The position numbers and the translations under genes are program-made. The notes beneath the pieces are model-generated. The model searched no databases and was not told the DNA's origin. It saw only the letters and a list, made by a program, of their open reading frames with translations. 64,000 bases of DNA from an uncultured bacterium (GTDB lineage Bacteria; Patescibacteriota; Minisyncoccia; Moranbacterales; GWC2-37-73). The stretch is taken from contig CAIOVI010000019.1 of assembly GCA_903861715.1 (NCBI GenBank), positions 5,936-69,935 on the forward strand. Direction: 5' to 3'. Shown here piece after piece: positions 10,023-20,599 of this stretch (positions within the stretch are counted from its first letter, which is position 1; each line of letters opens with the position of its first letter).

Positions 10023-10109
10023 ACTAGCAGGTAAAATCAGCTAAAGAGGGTTATAAATCAGCTCGCTGCGATGAGAGATAATTTTTTGTTAGCTGAAATT
10101 GAAAGCACT

Positions 10110-11195
10110 ATGTTGAAAAAAATCAAAGACAATTTTGCAAAATATCTGGGTGGGCTTTTTAGTAATCTTTCCAATGACATTGGAATTGATTTGGGAACTG
10201 CCAATACGCTTGTCTATGTCAAAGGGAAAGGCATTGTGATCAATGAACCTTCGGTGGTTGCGATTAACAAACGCACCGGACAAGTCTTAGCCATTGGGCG
10301 AGAAGCCAAACGGATGGTTGGCAAAACTCCAGGGCATATTGTGGCCACGCGGCCTTTGGTGGATGGCGTGGTGAGCGATTTCGAAGTGACCACTCAAATG
10401 CTCAGATATTTCATCGAAAAAGTGCACAAAGATTCTTTTTCTTTTTCGCCGCGTCCACGAGTGCTGATTGGCATTCCGTCAGTCATCACGGAAGTTGAAA
10501 AAAAGGCCGTGATTGATGCGGCCATGAATGCTGGTGCACGTGAAGCCTATCTGATTGAGGAACCAATGGCTGCAGCTATTGGCGCGAGACTTCCAGTGAC
10601 GGATGCGCGCGGAAACATGGTGGTTGACATTGGCGGTGGCACTTCCGAAATTGCCGTTATTTCTTTGGGCGGCGTGGTCAGCGCTCGCAGTTTGCGAGTG
10701 GCGGGCGACGAAATGAATGAAGACATCATTCGCTATTGCCGAGATGAATTTAATCTTTTGATTGGCGAAAAAACTTCGGAGGACATTAAAATAGCCGTGG
10801 GTAGTGCCTATGTTTTGAAAGAGCAACTCACCATTGCAATCAGAGGACGAGACTTGGTCAGCGGTCTGCCAAAAGAAGTGATTGTCAATGACAGTCAAAT
10901 CAGAGAAGCAATTTCTCGTTCGATTCGCATTATTGTCAACAATGTGAAAACGGTGATTGAAGAAACTCCGCCAGAACTTTTGTCTGACATCATGCAGCGG
11001 GGAATTATTTTGGCTGGCGGAGGCAGTTTGATCCGAGGTCTGGACAAATTGATTGCCAATCAAACGGAAATGCCAGTTCGCATGATGGAAGATCCGCTCA
11101 CGGCTGTGGTGCGAGGCACTGGCATTGTGCTTGAAGATCTGGAAGTTTTGAAACACGTTTTGGTTGAAGATCAACGCGAGAAATCTTTTAAATAA
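10110..11195 (+). CDS. mreB: Rod shape-determining protein MreB
   Basis: IGIDLGTANT, EEPMAAAIGA, DIGGGT; start placed at the second Met. Confidence 0.97.
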   Translation: MLKKIKDNFAKYLGGLFSNLSNDIGIDLGTANTLVYVKGKGIVINEPSVVAINKRTGQVLAIGREAKRMVGKTPGHIVATRPLVDGVVSDFEVTTQMLRYFIEKVHKDSFSFSPRPRVLIGIPSVITEVEKKAVIDAAMNAGAREAYLIEEPMAAAIGARLPVTDARGNMVVDIGGGTSEIAVISLGGVVSARSLRVAGDEMNEDIIRYCRDEFNLLIGEKTSEDIKIAVGSAYVLKEQLTIAIRGRDLVSGLPKEVIVNDSQIREAISRSIRIIVNNVKTVIEETPPELLSDIMQRGIILAGGGSLIRGLDKLIANQTEMPVRMMEDPLTAVVRGTGIVLEDLEVLKHVLVEDQREKSFK

Positions 11196-11204
11196 AAACA
11201 ATAA

Positions 11205-12014
11205 ATGCAAAGATTGACTTCCGTAAAATTATTCAAGGTTGGATTGTTGGCAATTTTTTTTGGATTGCTTATTTTTTTCAATCCGGCTGGATTTTTCAAT
11301 CCATTTAGGAATATTTTTTTGGACGTTGTGCTTCCTTTCAAAAAAATCACCTATACTTTTTCGGCCACTGTCGAAGGGGCGGGTGAATTTTTGGGTTCAA
11401 TCGGACAACTGAAAACCGAAAACGAAAAATTGCTGAGTGAAAATCAAATTTTGTTGGGAGAAAATGCGATGTTGGCGGATCTGAAAAATGAAAATGCTGA
11501 TTTGCGCAGTCAGCTCAATTTGTTGCCAAGAAATCAGTTTAAGCTGCTCCCAACTAATGTTGTTAGTCAGGATTTGAGCGGACCTGGCAATTGGCTGGAA
11601 ATTGACAAAGGCAGTGACGATGGTCTCAGTGAAGGCATGGCGGTGATAATTTCCAAGAGCATTTTGGTTGGGCGAATCGGAGAAGTTGCGCCGAAAAGTT
11701 CCAAAGTAATTTTGCTGACAAACCCCAAAAGCGTTGTCAACGTGGCAACTGTTCAAACTGGAGCCAAGGGAGTGATTAAGGGCGAATATGGGCTGGGCCT
11801 TATTTTTGACATGATTTTGCAAACGGATTCAATTCAAAGTGGGGATGAAATTGTCACCTCGGGCATTGGCGGTCAGCTGCCACGAGGGTTGCTGGTGGGA
11901 ACTGTTCAGAATGTGCATGCCTCTGATGATCATTTGTTTCAGCAAGCCACGGTGGTTTCGCCGCTGCAAATTTCAAAATTGCAATTCGTGTTTGTGGTGG
12001 TTGGAAATAAATGA
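11205..12014 (+). CDS. mreC: Rod shape-determining protein MreC
   Basis: TM + coiled coil + IDKGSDDG, TSGIGGQLPRGL; synteny. Confidence 0.95.
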   Translation: MQRLTSVKLFKVGLLAIFFGLLIFFNPAGFFNPFRNIFLDVVLPFKKITYTFSATVEGAGEFLGSIGQLKTENEKLLSENQILLGENAMLADLKNENADLRSQLNLLPRNQFKLLPTNVVSQDLSGPGNWLEIDKGSDDGLSEGMAVIISKSILVGRIGEVAPKSSKVILLTNPKSVVNVATVQTGAKGVIKGEYGLGLIFDMILQTDSIQSGDEIVTSGIGGQLPRGLLVGTVQNVHASDDHLFQQATVVSPLQISKLQFVFVVVGNK

Positions 12015-12024
12015 TCCAAAAAAT

Positions 12025-12528
12025 ATGCAAAAAAAAATTATCTATAGCGCACTTATTTTACTGGCAATTCTGTTGCAGCTGAGTTTCTTGCCAGCCTTGG
12101 CAGGAAAAAATTTGCCAGGGGATGCAGTCTTGATGCTGGTTTTGGCGATGGCAGTTTTGGATGGTTTTGCGTTGGCCCTGAATTGGGCTATTGTGGCCGG
12201 AATCCTGGTTGATTTTGCCACTTATGGAACTTTGGGTGAGCATGTGATTGTTTTTTTGTTGGTGATTTATGTGGTGAGTTTTTTCTCTCGCAGACTTTCA
12301 GTTGAAGTCAAAGGCACTGGCCGCTTGTTGTTTTTTCTTTTTGTGGCGGCGGCTAGTTTGATTTCAAATGGACTGCTGCTGACTTTTTTGTTTTTGGAAA
12401 ACAAGCTTGTCAAATCGCAGTTGCAATTTTTCAGCAGCAGTAAAGGTTTTTTGCTGCAAATAATTTGTAACACAGTTTTGTTTTTTCTCTGGTATCAGGT
12501 CGTCAAAAAGATTAAGAAAGTGGTATAG
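12025..12528 (+). CDS. mreD: Rod shape-determining protein MreD
   Basis: Hydrophobic 167 aa between mreC and mrdA; start moved to MQKK. Confidence 0.85.
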   Translation: MQKKIIYSALILLAILLQLSFLPALAGKNLPGDAVLMLVLAMAVLDGFALALNWAIVAGILVDFATYGTLGEHVIVFLLVIYVVSFFSRRLSVEVKGTGRLLFFLFVAAASLISNGLLLTFLFLENKLVKSQLQFFSSSKGFLLQIICNTVLFFLWYQVVKKIKKVV

Positions 12529-12564
12529 TTAGATGGGAGAGAGCAGTTTATTTTTTCAAATTTT

Positions 12565-14445
12565 ATGAAAACCAAAAGAAACAATTTTAACGCTTACTCC
12601 AGCATGGAGATTGAAGACTATGTTTTGACTGCGACTGAAAAGGAAGCGACCAAGATGGAAAAAGGACTTGAAAAAAAGTGGCTGGACTATTTGTGGTGGG
12701 TCATTGTTTTTTTTGTGCTCAGCTTGGCAGGGCGAGTGATTTTTTTAACGGTCATTAAAGGCGCCTATTATCAAGACATTGCCAAAGGAAATAGCATCCG
12801 ACCGATTGTCATCAAAGCTCCACGAGGCAGAATTTTTGATCGCACTGGCTTGGCCTTGGTCAGCAATATTCCCAGTCTTGATGCGGTGGTTGTGCCAGTT
12901 GATTTGCCGAAAGACCAAACAAAATTAAAAGAGCTTGCTCAAACACTTGCTTCAATTTTGAGTTTGAATCAAGCCCAGGTGCAGACAATTTTGGAAACCA
13001 GCAAAAATGGTTCCTTGGACACAGTTTTACTCAAAGAAAACATTTCGCAAGATGAGTCACTCAACCTTTTGGAAAAATCAAATGTGCTGACTGGGATTTC
13101 CATTGAAAAAACCGCCATCCGAGGTTATTCAGATGCGCAAATCTTTTCTCACCTGATGGGCTATGAAGGAAAAATCCAGCAGAAGGAATTGGATAATGAC
13201 AAAAGTTATCGCTTGACTGATTATATCGGCAAGCAAGGAATTGAAAAATCATATGAAAGCAGTTTGCGAGGAGTTAATGGCGCTGATCAAATTGAAGTTG
13301 ATTCAATGGGCAATGCTCAAAGAGAGGTGGGAATCATCAATCCGAAGCCTGGTAGTGATTTGGTGCTCAATATTGACGCTGGACTTCAGAAAAAAATTTA
13401 TGATAGTATCGGTGCTGTGTTGGAAAAAACTGGTGCCAAGACAGCAGCCGCAGTGGTGATTGATCCGAAAACTGGTGGAGTGTTAGCCATGGTAAACGTG
13501 CCAAGTTATGACAACAATCTGTTTGCTCAAAAAATCTCAGCGGATGATTATGCCAAATTCATCGCCGATCCAAGCAAGCCACTTTTCAATCGGGCAATTG
13601 CTGGAGAATATCCACCAGGCTCAACCATCAAACCTGCAATTGCAGCCGCCGCCCTTTCGGAAGGCACCATCACTCCCACAACTATTATTGATGGCTTGGG
13701 CGGAACGCTCAGAGTTGGCGGTTTTAGTTTCGGGGACTGGAAAGCGCATGGCCCTAGTGATGTGCGCACAGCAATTGCCCAAAGTAATGACATCTTTTTT
13801 TACACAGTTGGAGGTGGCTACGGAAATATTCAAGGCTTGGGCATGGACAGAATGAAAAAATATGACAACCTTTTTGGCTTTGGCGAAAAAACGGGCATTG
13901 ACATTGGAGGCGAATCTGCAGGCTTCATTCCAAGTGAACAATGGAAGCAAGACACTTTAGGAGAAAAATGGTTCATTGGCAATAGCTATCATGCAGCCAT
14001 TGGCCAAGGTTATGTGACAGCCACACCGCTGCAATTGGCAAACTATGTCGCAGCTATCGCCAATGGCGGAACCTTGTACAAACCGCACTTGGTTGCACAA
14101 ATCAAAAAAAGTGATGGCGGGGTGCAAACCATCAAGCCCGAGATAATCCGGAGCAATTTCATTGATCCGGCGGTTTTGAAAGTGGTGCAAGAAGGAATGC
14201 GCAAAACCATCACGGATGGCACGGCTCAAGTTTTGAAAACAATGCCAATTGAAATTGCCGGCAAAACCGGCACCGCCCAATTTGGCACCGCTGGTCAAAC
14301 GCACGGTTGGTTCATTTGCTATGCGCCCTTTGACGATCCCAAAATTGCGATGGCAGTTTTGGTGGAAGGCGGCGGGGAAGGCAATTCCAGCGCCTTGCCA
14401 GTCACCCAAGAAGCCTTGAAATGGTATTTTGGTGGCAGACAATAA
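12565..14445 (+). CDS. mrdA: Penicillin-binding protein 2
   Basis: APRGRIFDR, GSTIK (SxxK), SND, KTGTAQ. Confidence 0.96.
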   Translation: MKTKRNNFNAYSSMEIEDYVLTATEKEATKMEKGLEKKWLDYLWWVIVFFVLSLAGRVIFLTVIKGAYYQDIAKGNSIRPIVIKAPRGRIFDRTGLALVSNIPSLDAVVVPVDLPKDQTKLKELAQTLASILSLNQAQVQTILETSKNGSLDTVLLKENISQDESLNLLEKSNVLTGISIEKTAIRGYSDAQIFSHLMGYEGKIQQKELDNDKSYRLTDYIGKQGIEKSYESSLRGVNGADQIEVDSMGNAQREVGIINPKPGSDLVLNIDAGLQKKIYDSIGAVLEKTGAKTAAAVVIDPKTGGVLAMVNVPSYDNNLFAQKISADDYAKFIADPSKPLFNRAIAGEYPPGSTIKPAIAAAALSEGTITPTTIIDGLGGTLRVGGFSFGDWKAHGPSDVRTAIAQSNDIFFYTVGGGYGNIQGLGMDRMKKYDNLFGFGEKTGIDIGGESAGFIPSEQWKQDTLGEKWFIGNSYHAAIGQGYVTATPLQLANYVAAIANGGTLYKPHLVAQIKKSDGGVQTIKPEIIRSNFIDPAVLKVVQEGMRKTITDGTAQVLKTMPIEIAGKTGTAQFGTAGQTHGWFICYAPFDDPKIAMAVLVEGGGEGNSSALPVTQEALKWYFGGRQ

Positions 14446-14510
14446 ATAAATTGTCACATGGTTATATTGCTATATTGTTAGATTATAAAAGTATTATTTT
14501 ATCGAAGTAT

Positions 14511-14678
14511 TATTATCTGGTGAAGTGAACGTCTGGCTAGGGCGGACTGAACAGCCTGGCCGCCTTTGAAGGAAGCGACGATAACAAAAGGTTTTTTGCC
14601 TCACCGATTTTATCGGTGTGAGTCTGAAGGGCACAGGGCCTGCCTACCGGTAGGCAGGCTTGCTCTGGGGTATTAATA
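14511..14678 (+). mobile_element. Non-autonomous IS200/IS605-like or structured repeat, copy 1
   Basis: Inverted homolog at 30288-30408; ends in CAGGGC..TTGCTCTGGGGTATTAATA hairpin carrying a 22-nt palindrome. Confidence 0.55.
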
Positions 14679-14924
14679 TTCTTTTATTTTACAAAAAAAG
14701 CTAACGCAAAAACAAAAAAACCATAAATCATACGATCGTATGTTTTGTGGTTTTTTGTGAAAAATTTTTTTACACCCATATATTAATTTATAGGTGTGAA
14801 GGGAAATTAAAATTGCGAGAAAATTTTTGCAAAATATTTTTACTTCCATATATCCATTTATGGAAGTAGTGAAAAAAACGGAAAATGTTATTTTGTTTTT
14901 TGAAATTTTTGCTATAATAAACTC

Positions 14925-16388
14925 ATGACCAAGTCAAAAATACTTTTGTTTTTGCTTTTGAGTTTCATTGGGGCGGTTTTTGTCAGGTCATTTTTTGAAA
15001 TTTCTCAAATTGAAATTTTTCTGCTGCTAATGTTGGCCTTGATAACACTATTCACATTTTACAAAAACAAAATGGCGACACTGGTCGCTTTTTTGTTGCT
15101 CTCTTTCGTATTTGGGTTGTGGAAAACTGACAGCAAAATATCACAGGCCAGCAATTTAACATTTTTGGGAAAAAATTTTCAAGAGCAAGCTGTTGTGCAA
15201 AAAGTGAGCCCTTCGACTTTCGGGCAGAATATTATTGTTGATTTTCAAAACGAGAAAATTTCGGTCCTGCTGCAAGTTCCGCAATATCCGGAATATAAAT
15301 ATGGAGATTTGTTGGAAATAACTTGCACTGTCAAGGCGATTGAAAATTTATCTGCCGGAGAGGCAGGCAAAGATGATAGTTTTGACTATCACATGTATAT
15401 GGCCAAAGAAGGCGTGCTGTATCAATGTGAAAAAAGTAAAATTAAAAAAGTTGGAGAAAACGGTGGCAGTTTTCTTTTGGGAAAAATAATTGCCATGCGC
15501 AGGATTTTTGAAAACAAAATCAATCAGGTGCTGCCTCAGCCAGAAGGCGCTTTGGCTATTGGACTTTTGCTGGGTGGCAGTGGTGGACTTTCCAAGGAAA
15601 TCCAAAGTGATTTTTCGCGCACTGGCATGACGCACATCGTGGCAGTTTCGGGATATAATGTGACGATCATTGCGGAATATCTAATTTTGCTTGGCATTGC
15701 CTTGGGGCTTTGGCGCAAGCAGGCAATTTGGTTTGCGATTGTGGGAATTGCTTTGTTTGTGATCATGAGCGGCTTGCCAGCTTCGGCAGTGCGAGCTGGG
15801 GTGATGAGCGGCATTTTGCTTTGGGCGATGAAAAATGGAAGGCTTTCTTCTTGTGAAAATGCCATCATTTTTGCAGGGGCGATAATGCTATTTCTCAATC
15901 CTTTGCTGCTCCGATGGGATGTGGGATTTCAACTTTCTTTTTTGGCGACTTTGGGCATTGTGCTGACTTCGGATTTTTGGGAAAAGAGTTTTGTGAAGCA
16001 GCACAAAGCCCTGGGAATTTCAGAAGCAATCACTTTGTCGCTGAGCGCTCAAATTTTTGTGTTGCCAATCATTGCCTACAACTTTCATTTGACTTCACTC
16101 ATTTCACTTCTGGCTAACGTTTTTATTTTGCCAGTGATTCCACTCTCAATGCTCTTGGTTTTTTTGGTGATGGTTTTTGGTTTGCTTTGGACGCCGCTTT
16201 CCTTGGTTTTCGCTTGGCTGGCTTTCGTGCTGCTGGCCTATGAAATAAAACTGATTCATCTTTTAGCCGAGTTTCCCTGGGCCAGTGTCGGTGTTGAAAA
16301 AGTCAACGTGTGGTGGATTGCGATTTACTATATAATATTAATAAGAATAATTTTTTGGATAAAAAGTCGAGAAAATTTAGAAGTATGA
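14925..16388 (+). CDS. comEC: ComEC/Rec2 competence membrane domain
   Basis: FSRTGMTHIVAVSGYNV, ASAVRA, DVGFQLSFLATLGI. Confidence 0.95.
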   Translation: MTKSKILLFLLLSFIGAVFVRSFFEISQIEIFLLLMLALITLFTFYKNKMATLVAFLLLSFVFGLWKTDSKISQASNLTFLGKNFQEQAVVQKVSPSTFGQNIIVDFQNEKISVLLQVPQYPEYKYGDLLEITCTVKAIENLSAGEAGKDDSFDYHMYMAKEGVLYQCEKSKIKKVGENGGSFLLGKIIAMRRIFENKINQVLPQPEGALAIGLLLGGSGGLSKEIQSDFSRTGMTHIVAVSGYNVTIIAEYLILLGIALGLWRKQAIWFAIVGIALFVIMSGLPASAVRAGVMSGILLWAMKNGRLSSCENAIIFAGAIMLFLNPLLLRWDVGFQLSFLATLGIVLTSDFWEKSFVKQHKALGISEAITLSLSAQIFVLPIIAYNFHLTSLISLLANVFILPVIPLSMLLVFLVMVFGLLWTPLSLVFAWLAFVLLAYEIKLIHLLAEFPWASVGVEKVNVWWIAIYYIILIRIIFWIKSRENLEV

Positions 16389-16614
16389 TTTTTGAAATAG
16401 TATTTTGTATTTTGCATTTTCCTCTCCGCACATTGCGCAGTGCGTAGGTAAAAGACGAGTGATGAGCGTTAAGAAATTTTGAAACGCAGTGAGGTCAGTA
16501 GGCCGAACGGAGTGTAAATTTTAGCGAAGAGTGAAGTCTTTGCCCCAGCAACAAGCACGTGTCGGGATTTCTTTTGTAACTTTTCTATTAAAAGAAAAGT
16601 TAACCTCTGTAATG

Positions 16615-16650
16615 CTGGATTGCTTCGGATGATTACATCCTCGCAAAGAC
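16615..16650. repeat. Half copy of GTCATTGCGAG/CTCGCAAAGAC palindromic element
   Basis: CTGGATTGCTTCGGATGATTACATCCTCGCAAAGAC, nearly identical to 17683-17718. Confidence 0.8.
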
Positions 16651-16687
16651 AAAGCAAGGCTTAATTATTAGTTATCATACATCCCTT

Positions 16688-17566
16688 ATGCTTCATCGCA
16701 AAATATTTTTTCCCATCCTGGGTGGTCTGATTGCGCTCATTGTCATCTTGAGCGTTATCGTTTTTCATGGTCAAAATAACGCTCTGAGCGTGGTGTTTTT
16801 GGATGTTGGCCAAGGCGATGCGATTTTGATTTCGCAAGGCAGTCAACAAGTGTTGATTGATGGTGGCAAGGATGGAAAATTGTTGTTGGAAAAACTGGGA
16901 AAATATATTCCCTTTTGGGATCGTAAATTGGAAACCATAATTGAAACGCATCCCGATCAAGATCACATCGGAGGCTTGGTTGACGTTTTGAGAACTTATG
17001 AGGTTGGTAGTGTGCTGGAAACCAAAATGCAAAACAATTCGCAGACTTTCAAAAAATTGGAAGAAACTGTCGATCAATTGGCAAGTCAGCACAAACTTGA
17101 AAAAATTGAAGCCAAAAAAAACGTGGTCATCAAGTTTTCCAACGGCGCAATTTTGCAAATTTTATATCCTTTGGAATCTGTGACAGACACTAACTCCAAT
17201 GACACTAATCTGGCCAGCGTGGTGGCAAAATTGACAGTTGGGGACAGCCGCTTTCTTTTTACGGGTGATTTTCCAACTTTGCAAGATAGTTCATTGCTCG
17301 GCAGCGGCGAAGATGTGAGTGCGAACTTTTTGAAAGTTGCGCATCACGGTTCCAAATATGCCACCAGCAATGAGTTTCTTGAAAAAGTAAAACCAACCGA
17401 AGCGATTATTTCAGTCGGAAAAAACAATTCTTATGGTCATCCAAGTCCAGAAGTTTTGCAAAGACTTTTGCAACATAAAGTGAAAATTTTGCGCACCGAT
17501 GAAAGCGGGGATGTTGAATATGAATGTCAGAATTTAAATAGTAAATGTTTTTTGAAATCATTTTAA
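16688..17566 (+). CDS. ComEC-related metallo-beta-lactamase-fold protein (split comEC C-terminal part)
   Basis: FLDVGQGDA, THPDQDHIGG, KVAHHGS, NSYGHP. Confidence 0.93.
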   Translation: MLHRKIFFPILGGLIALIVILSVIVFHGQNNALSVVFLDVGQGDAILISQGSQQVLIDGGKDGKLLLEKLGKYIPFWDRKLETIIETHPDQDHIGGLVDVLRTYEVGSVLETKMQNNSQTFKKLEETVDQLASQHKLEKIEAKKNVVIKFSNGAILQILYPLESVTDTNSNDTNLASVVAKLTVGDSRFLFTGDFPTLQDSSLLGSGEDVSANFLKVAHHGSKYATSNEFLEKVKPTEAIISVGKNNSYGHPSPEVLQRLLQHKVKILRTDESGDVEYECQNLNSKCFLKSF

Positions 17567-17626
17567 GGTTGCAATTTTTCGTATTTTTGCATTTTTGAGT
17601 CCACTTCGCAGTGTATTCTAATTTTT

Positions 17627-17718
17627 GTCATCGCGAGGATTTTGTAATCAAAATCCGTGGCGATCCAGAGCCTTGCAACGCCCTGGATTGCTTCGGAGGA
17701 TTACCTCCTCGCAAAGAC
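17627..17718. repeat. Full palindromic element GTCATCGCGAG...CTCGCAAAGAC
   Basis: Terminal inverted arms with internal hairpins; homolog at 18444-18537. Confidence 0.8.
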
Positions 17719-17835
17719 GGATGAGGATTGATTGTCTTTTTGCAAACGAAACTTGCTTTATCTCAAACTTTTGCTAGACTATAAATATCTAGCAAGCTTA
17801 TCGCTTTTTAATTTAATTATAAATAACCAAAAATT

Positions 17836-18438
17836 ATGGCGCACCCAAGCAAAGAAAGAACGTTTGTCATCCTCAAGCCGGATGCAATTCAACGAAATTT
17901 TATTGGTGAAATCATTTCTCGTTTTGAAAAAACCGGGCTCAAAATCACCGCGATGCGATTGCTGGTGCCAAAGGCCGAGCAATGCTGGACACACTATAAT
18001 AAGGACGAGGCTTGGTTTCTGAAAAAAGGTGAAGGAATTGTGAAAGCTCGTCAGGAAAATAATATGCCAGTGGAAAAAGAGGCGATTGAATATGGTCGCG
18101 ATATTATTGGCCAATTGGTGACTTTTATGACCTCCGGTCCAGTTTTGGCCATGGTGATTGAAGGCAATCAAGCGGTTGGCATTGTGACTAAATTGGTTGG
18201 GGGAACTGAACCGCTGACTTCTGACATCGGCACCATTCGCGGAGATTTGACTTTGGATTCCTATGACCTGGCTGGCATTGATGGTCGCGCCGTGCGAAAT
18301 TTGATTCACTGCTCTGACAAGCCCGAAGAGGCTGAACGCGAAATCAAAATTTGGTTTACTGAAGAAGAAATCATCAGCTATCGTTCCATTTCAGAGCAAA
18401 TGCTTTATGATGTGAACCTGGATGGAATTTTAGAATAA
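17836..18438 (+). CDS. ndk: Nucleoside-diphosphate kinase
   Basis: ERTFVILKPDA, GTIRGD, NLIHCSD. Confidence 0.96.
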   Translation: MAHPSKERTFVILKPDAIQRNFIGEIISRFEKTGLKITAMRLLVPKAEQCWTHYNKDEAWFLKKGEGIVKARQENNMPVEKEAIEYGRDIIGQLVTFMTSGPVLAMVIEGNQAVGIVTKLVGGTEPLTSDIGTIRGDLTLDSYDLAGIDGRAVRNLIHCSDKPEEAEREIKIWFTEEEIISYRSISEQMLYDVNLDGILE

Positions 18439-18443
18439 ATAAA

Positions 18444-18537
18444 GTCATTGCGAGGATGTAATCATCCGTGGCAATCCAGAATGTTGCCAGGCCCTGGATC
18501 GCCACGTATTTCCGAGTACAGAAATACTCGCGAAGAC
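18444..18537. repeat. Full palindromic element GTCATTGCGAG...CTCGCGAAGAC
   Basis: Homologous to 17627-17718. Confidence 0.8.
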
Positions 18538-18624
18538 GCGTAGCTATCTAGAATACACAAAAATCGACCATCGTGGTCGGTTTTTTGTTTTGCTTTTTTT
18601 CCTCAAGCTTGATATTCTGGAGAT

Positions 18625-19812
18625 ATGAAAAACTTTCTGAAAAAAATATTCATTGTCATTCTGGAACTGGCTTTCATCGCGGGCGTGCTTTGGTATATTG
18701 CGGAAAAAAGAGGCATTCACAGTTTGCAACAAGTTGCGCCGACCTTGGGAAGTCGATTTGAAAAAATGGTGCAAGCGCCTTTTCCTGCCTTGGAACAACC
18801 AGTTACAAAAACTTTTCAGTGGAAATACAAAAATGTCCAATATGAATTGCCGTTGACGCTTTATCAATCGGTCTATGTCTATTATCAAAAGCAACCCAAA
18901 ATTTTTTCCTACACCGGTGACTTGCCGGCCAACTGGGAAGAAAGCTATTATGGCATGTTTTTGAAAGCCAACGACAATGATTCGACCATTGCCAATCTTG
19001 CCAGTGGTTTGCAACAATTGGGCACCCAGCATCGCTTGAGCAGTGACCAAGTCGTGGAACTTGCCTTGGCTTTTGTGCAGTCCATCACCTATGATGACAC
19101 AAAAGCTAGCAACATTTTGGCCAAAGCTGACAATGAAACCATGCTCTATCCATACGAAACACTTTTTGAACAAAAGGGTGTTTGCAGTGACAAGAGTTTG
19201 TTGGCAGTTTCAATTTTGAGAAAGCTGGGCTATGGTGTGGCAATTTTTGCTTATGAGCAAGACAACCATATGGCCATCGGGGTGCAATGTCCTCAAAATT
19301 ATTCGACCTACAATAGCGGTTATTGCTTTGGCGAAACCACTAGCGTCGGCAACAAAATTGGCCTTATTCCGCAATTTAACACTCAAAGTCAGAAAACTGC
19401 CGATCTTGCCGAACTTCCAACTTTTGATCAGGCGCAGCAACAAATCAAAAATTTGCAAGACCTTGGGCAAATGACAATTTATCAAATTACTCCTGGCAAA
19501 GAATATACGGGCATCATTGAAACGAAAAGAATTGAAACTGAGTTAACCAAGCTGAAAACCGATTTGAAAAATTTGATGGCGAAATTGGAAGCGCAGAAAA
19601 AAGTTGTTTCGGGAGAGGTTGCTGATTTGAAGAAGCAAAAAGACAACCTGGATAGTTGGAAAAATGAGCAAAACTTTGAAAAATATAACGCTGCGGTGGA
19701 GGATTATAACTCGCTGTTGGAAAAATACAAGCAAGACGTGAAAAGTTACAATAATTCGATCCCGCTTTACAATCAGACGGTGGCGAGGTATAACGAGTTA
19801 ATCAAGCAGTGA
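18625..19812 (+). CDS. Membrane-anchored transglutaminase-like protein with C-terminal coiled coil
   Basis: FVQSITYD, YPYETL...GVCSDKS, HMAIG, GETT (Cys-His-Glu-like triad). Confidence 0.7.
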   Translation: MKNFLKKIFIVILELAFIAGVLWYIAEKRGIHSLQQVAPTLGSRFEKMVQAPFPALEQPVTKTFQWKYKNVQYELPLTLYQSVYVYYQKQPKIFSYTGDLPANWEESYYGMFLKANDNDSTIANLASGLQQLGTQHRLSSDQVVELALAFVQSITYDDTKASNILAKADNETMLYPYETLFEQKGVCSDKSLLAVSILRKLGYGVAIFAYEQDNHMAIGVQCPQNYSTYNSGYCFGETTSVGNKIGLIPQFNTQSQKTADLAELPTFDQAQQQIKNLQDLGQMTIYQITPGKEYTGIIETKRIETELTKLKTDLKNLMAKLEAQKKVVSGEVADLKKQKDNLDSWKNEQNFEKYNAAVEDYNSLLEKYKQDVKSYNNSIPLYNQTVARYNELIKQ

Positions 19813-20405
19813 TGGAAATATTAAGCCATAAAATTGAAGAAATGGGTATAACCAAGAAGATAACGCTTAATAGTGAGAAAATTGAATATACCGTCCGCAA
19901 ACACCGAACCGCAAAAAGGCTTAAATTGGCCATTTATTGCGATGGAAATTGTGTGGTGACTTTGCCATGGCGAATGGGTTTTTGGAGTGCCGATGATTTC
20001 ATCAAGAAAAACGCCACTTGGGTTTTGGAAAAAATGAAGGCTATGAAGAAAATTGGCCGCAACAGTCTGTTTGCTCGCCATGACCATGTGGAATATCTCA
20101 AGCTCAAGGAGCATGCCCGCGAAATGGTGGCCAAGCGACTGGAGAAATTCAATGAGGTGTATGGTTTCAAATACAAAGGAGTTGCCATTCGTAATCAAAA
20201 AACCCGCTGGGGCAGTTGCTCATCCAAAGGCAATCTTAATTTCAACTACAAAATCCTGCTCCTGCCGCAACGTCACGCTGACTATATCATCGTGCACGAA
20301 CTTTGCCATCTGAAGGAATTTAATCATTCCAAGCGCTTTTGGAACCTCGTGGCTCAAACAATTCCAGAATATGAGAAGATTGTGGAACAACTGAGAATTT
20401 TATAA
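19812..20405 (+). CDS. YgjP-like/DUF45 (M48-like) zinc metallohydrolase
   Basis: IRNQKTRWGSCS, YIIVHELCHLKEFNHS. Confidence 0.93.
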   Translation: MEILSHKIEEMGITKKITLNSEKIEYTVRKHRTAKRLKLAIYCDGNCVVTLPWRMGFWSADDFIKKNATWVLEKMKAMKKIGRNSLFARHDHVEYLKLKEHAREMVAKRLEKFNEVYGFKYKGVAIRNQKTRWGSCSSKGNLNFNYKILLLPQRHADYIIVHELCHLKEFNHSKRFWNLVAQTIPEYEKIVEQLRIL

Positions 20406-20599
20406 AAATGCCAAACATAGTGATGGCATTTTTTTGTGCTATAATATAAAAGTAAACACTAAAAAATAAACATTATGCCCAGTAGTGAGAATTCGAAAAT
20501 TATTCACTGTGGCTGAAAGAGTTTAAGGGTTAGAAAATAATAATCTAATTTAAAATAAAAATTGTTTGAGCATGGCTCATTCGAATTTCTACTACTGGG

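Noticed and set aside
10479-11210. 243-aa antisense ORF (also 34873-35577, 37471-38193, 52006-52599, 52712-53326 and similar)
   Set aside because: Shadow ORFs opposite longer, better-supported genes, with no motifs
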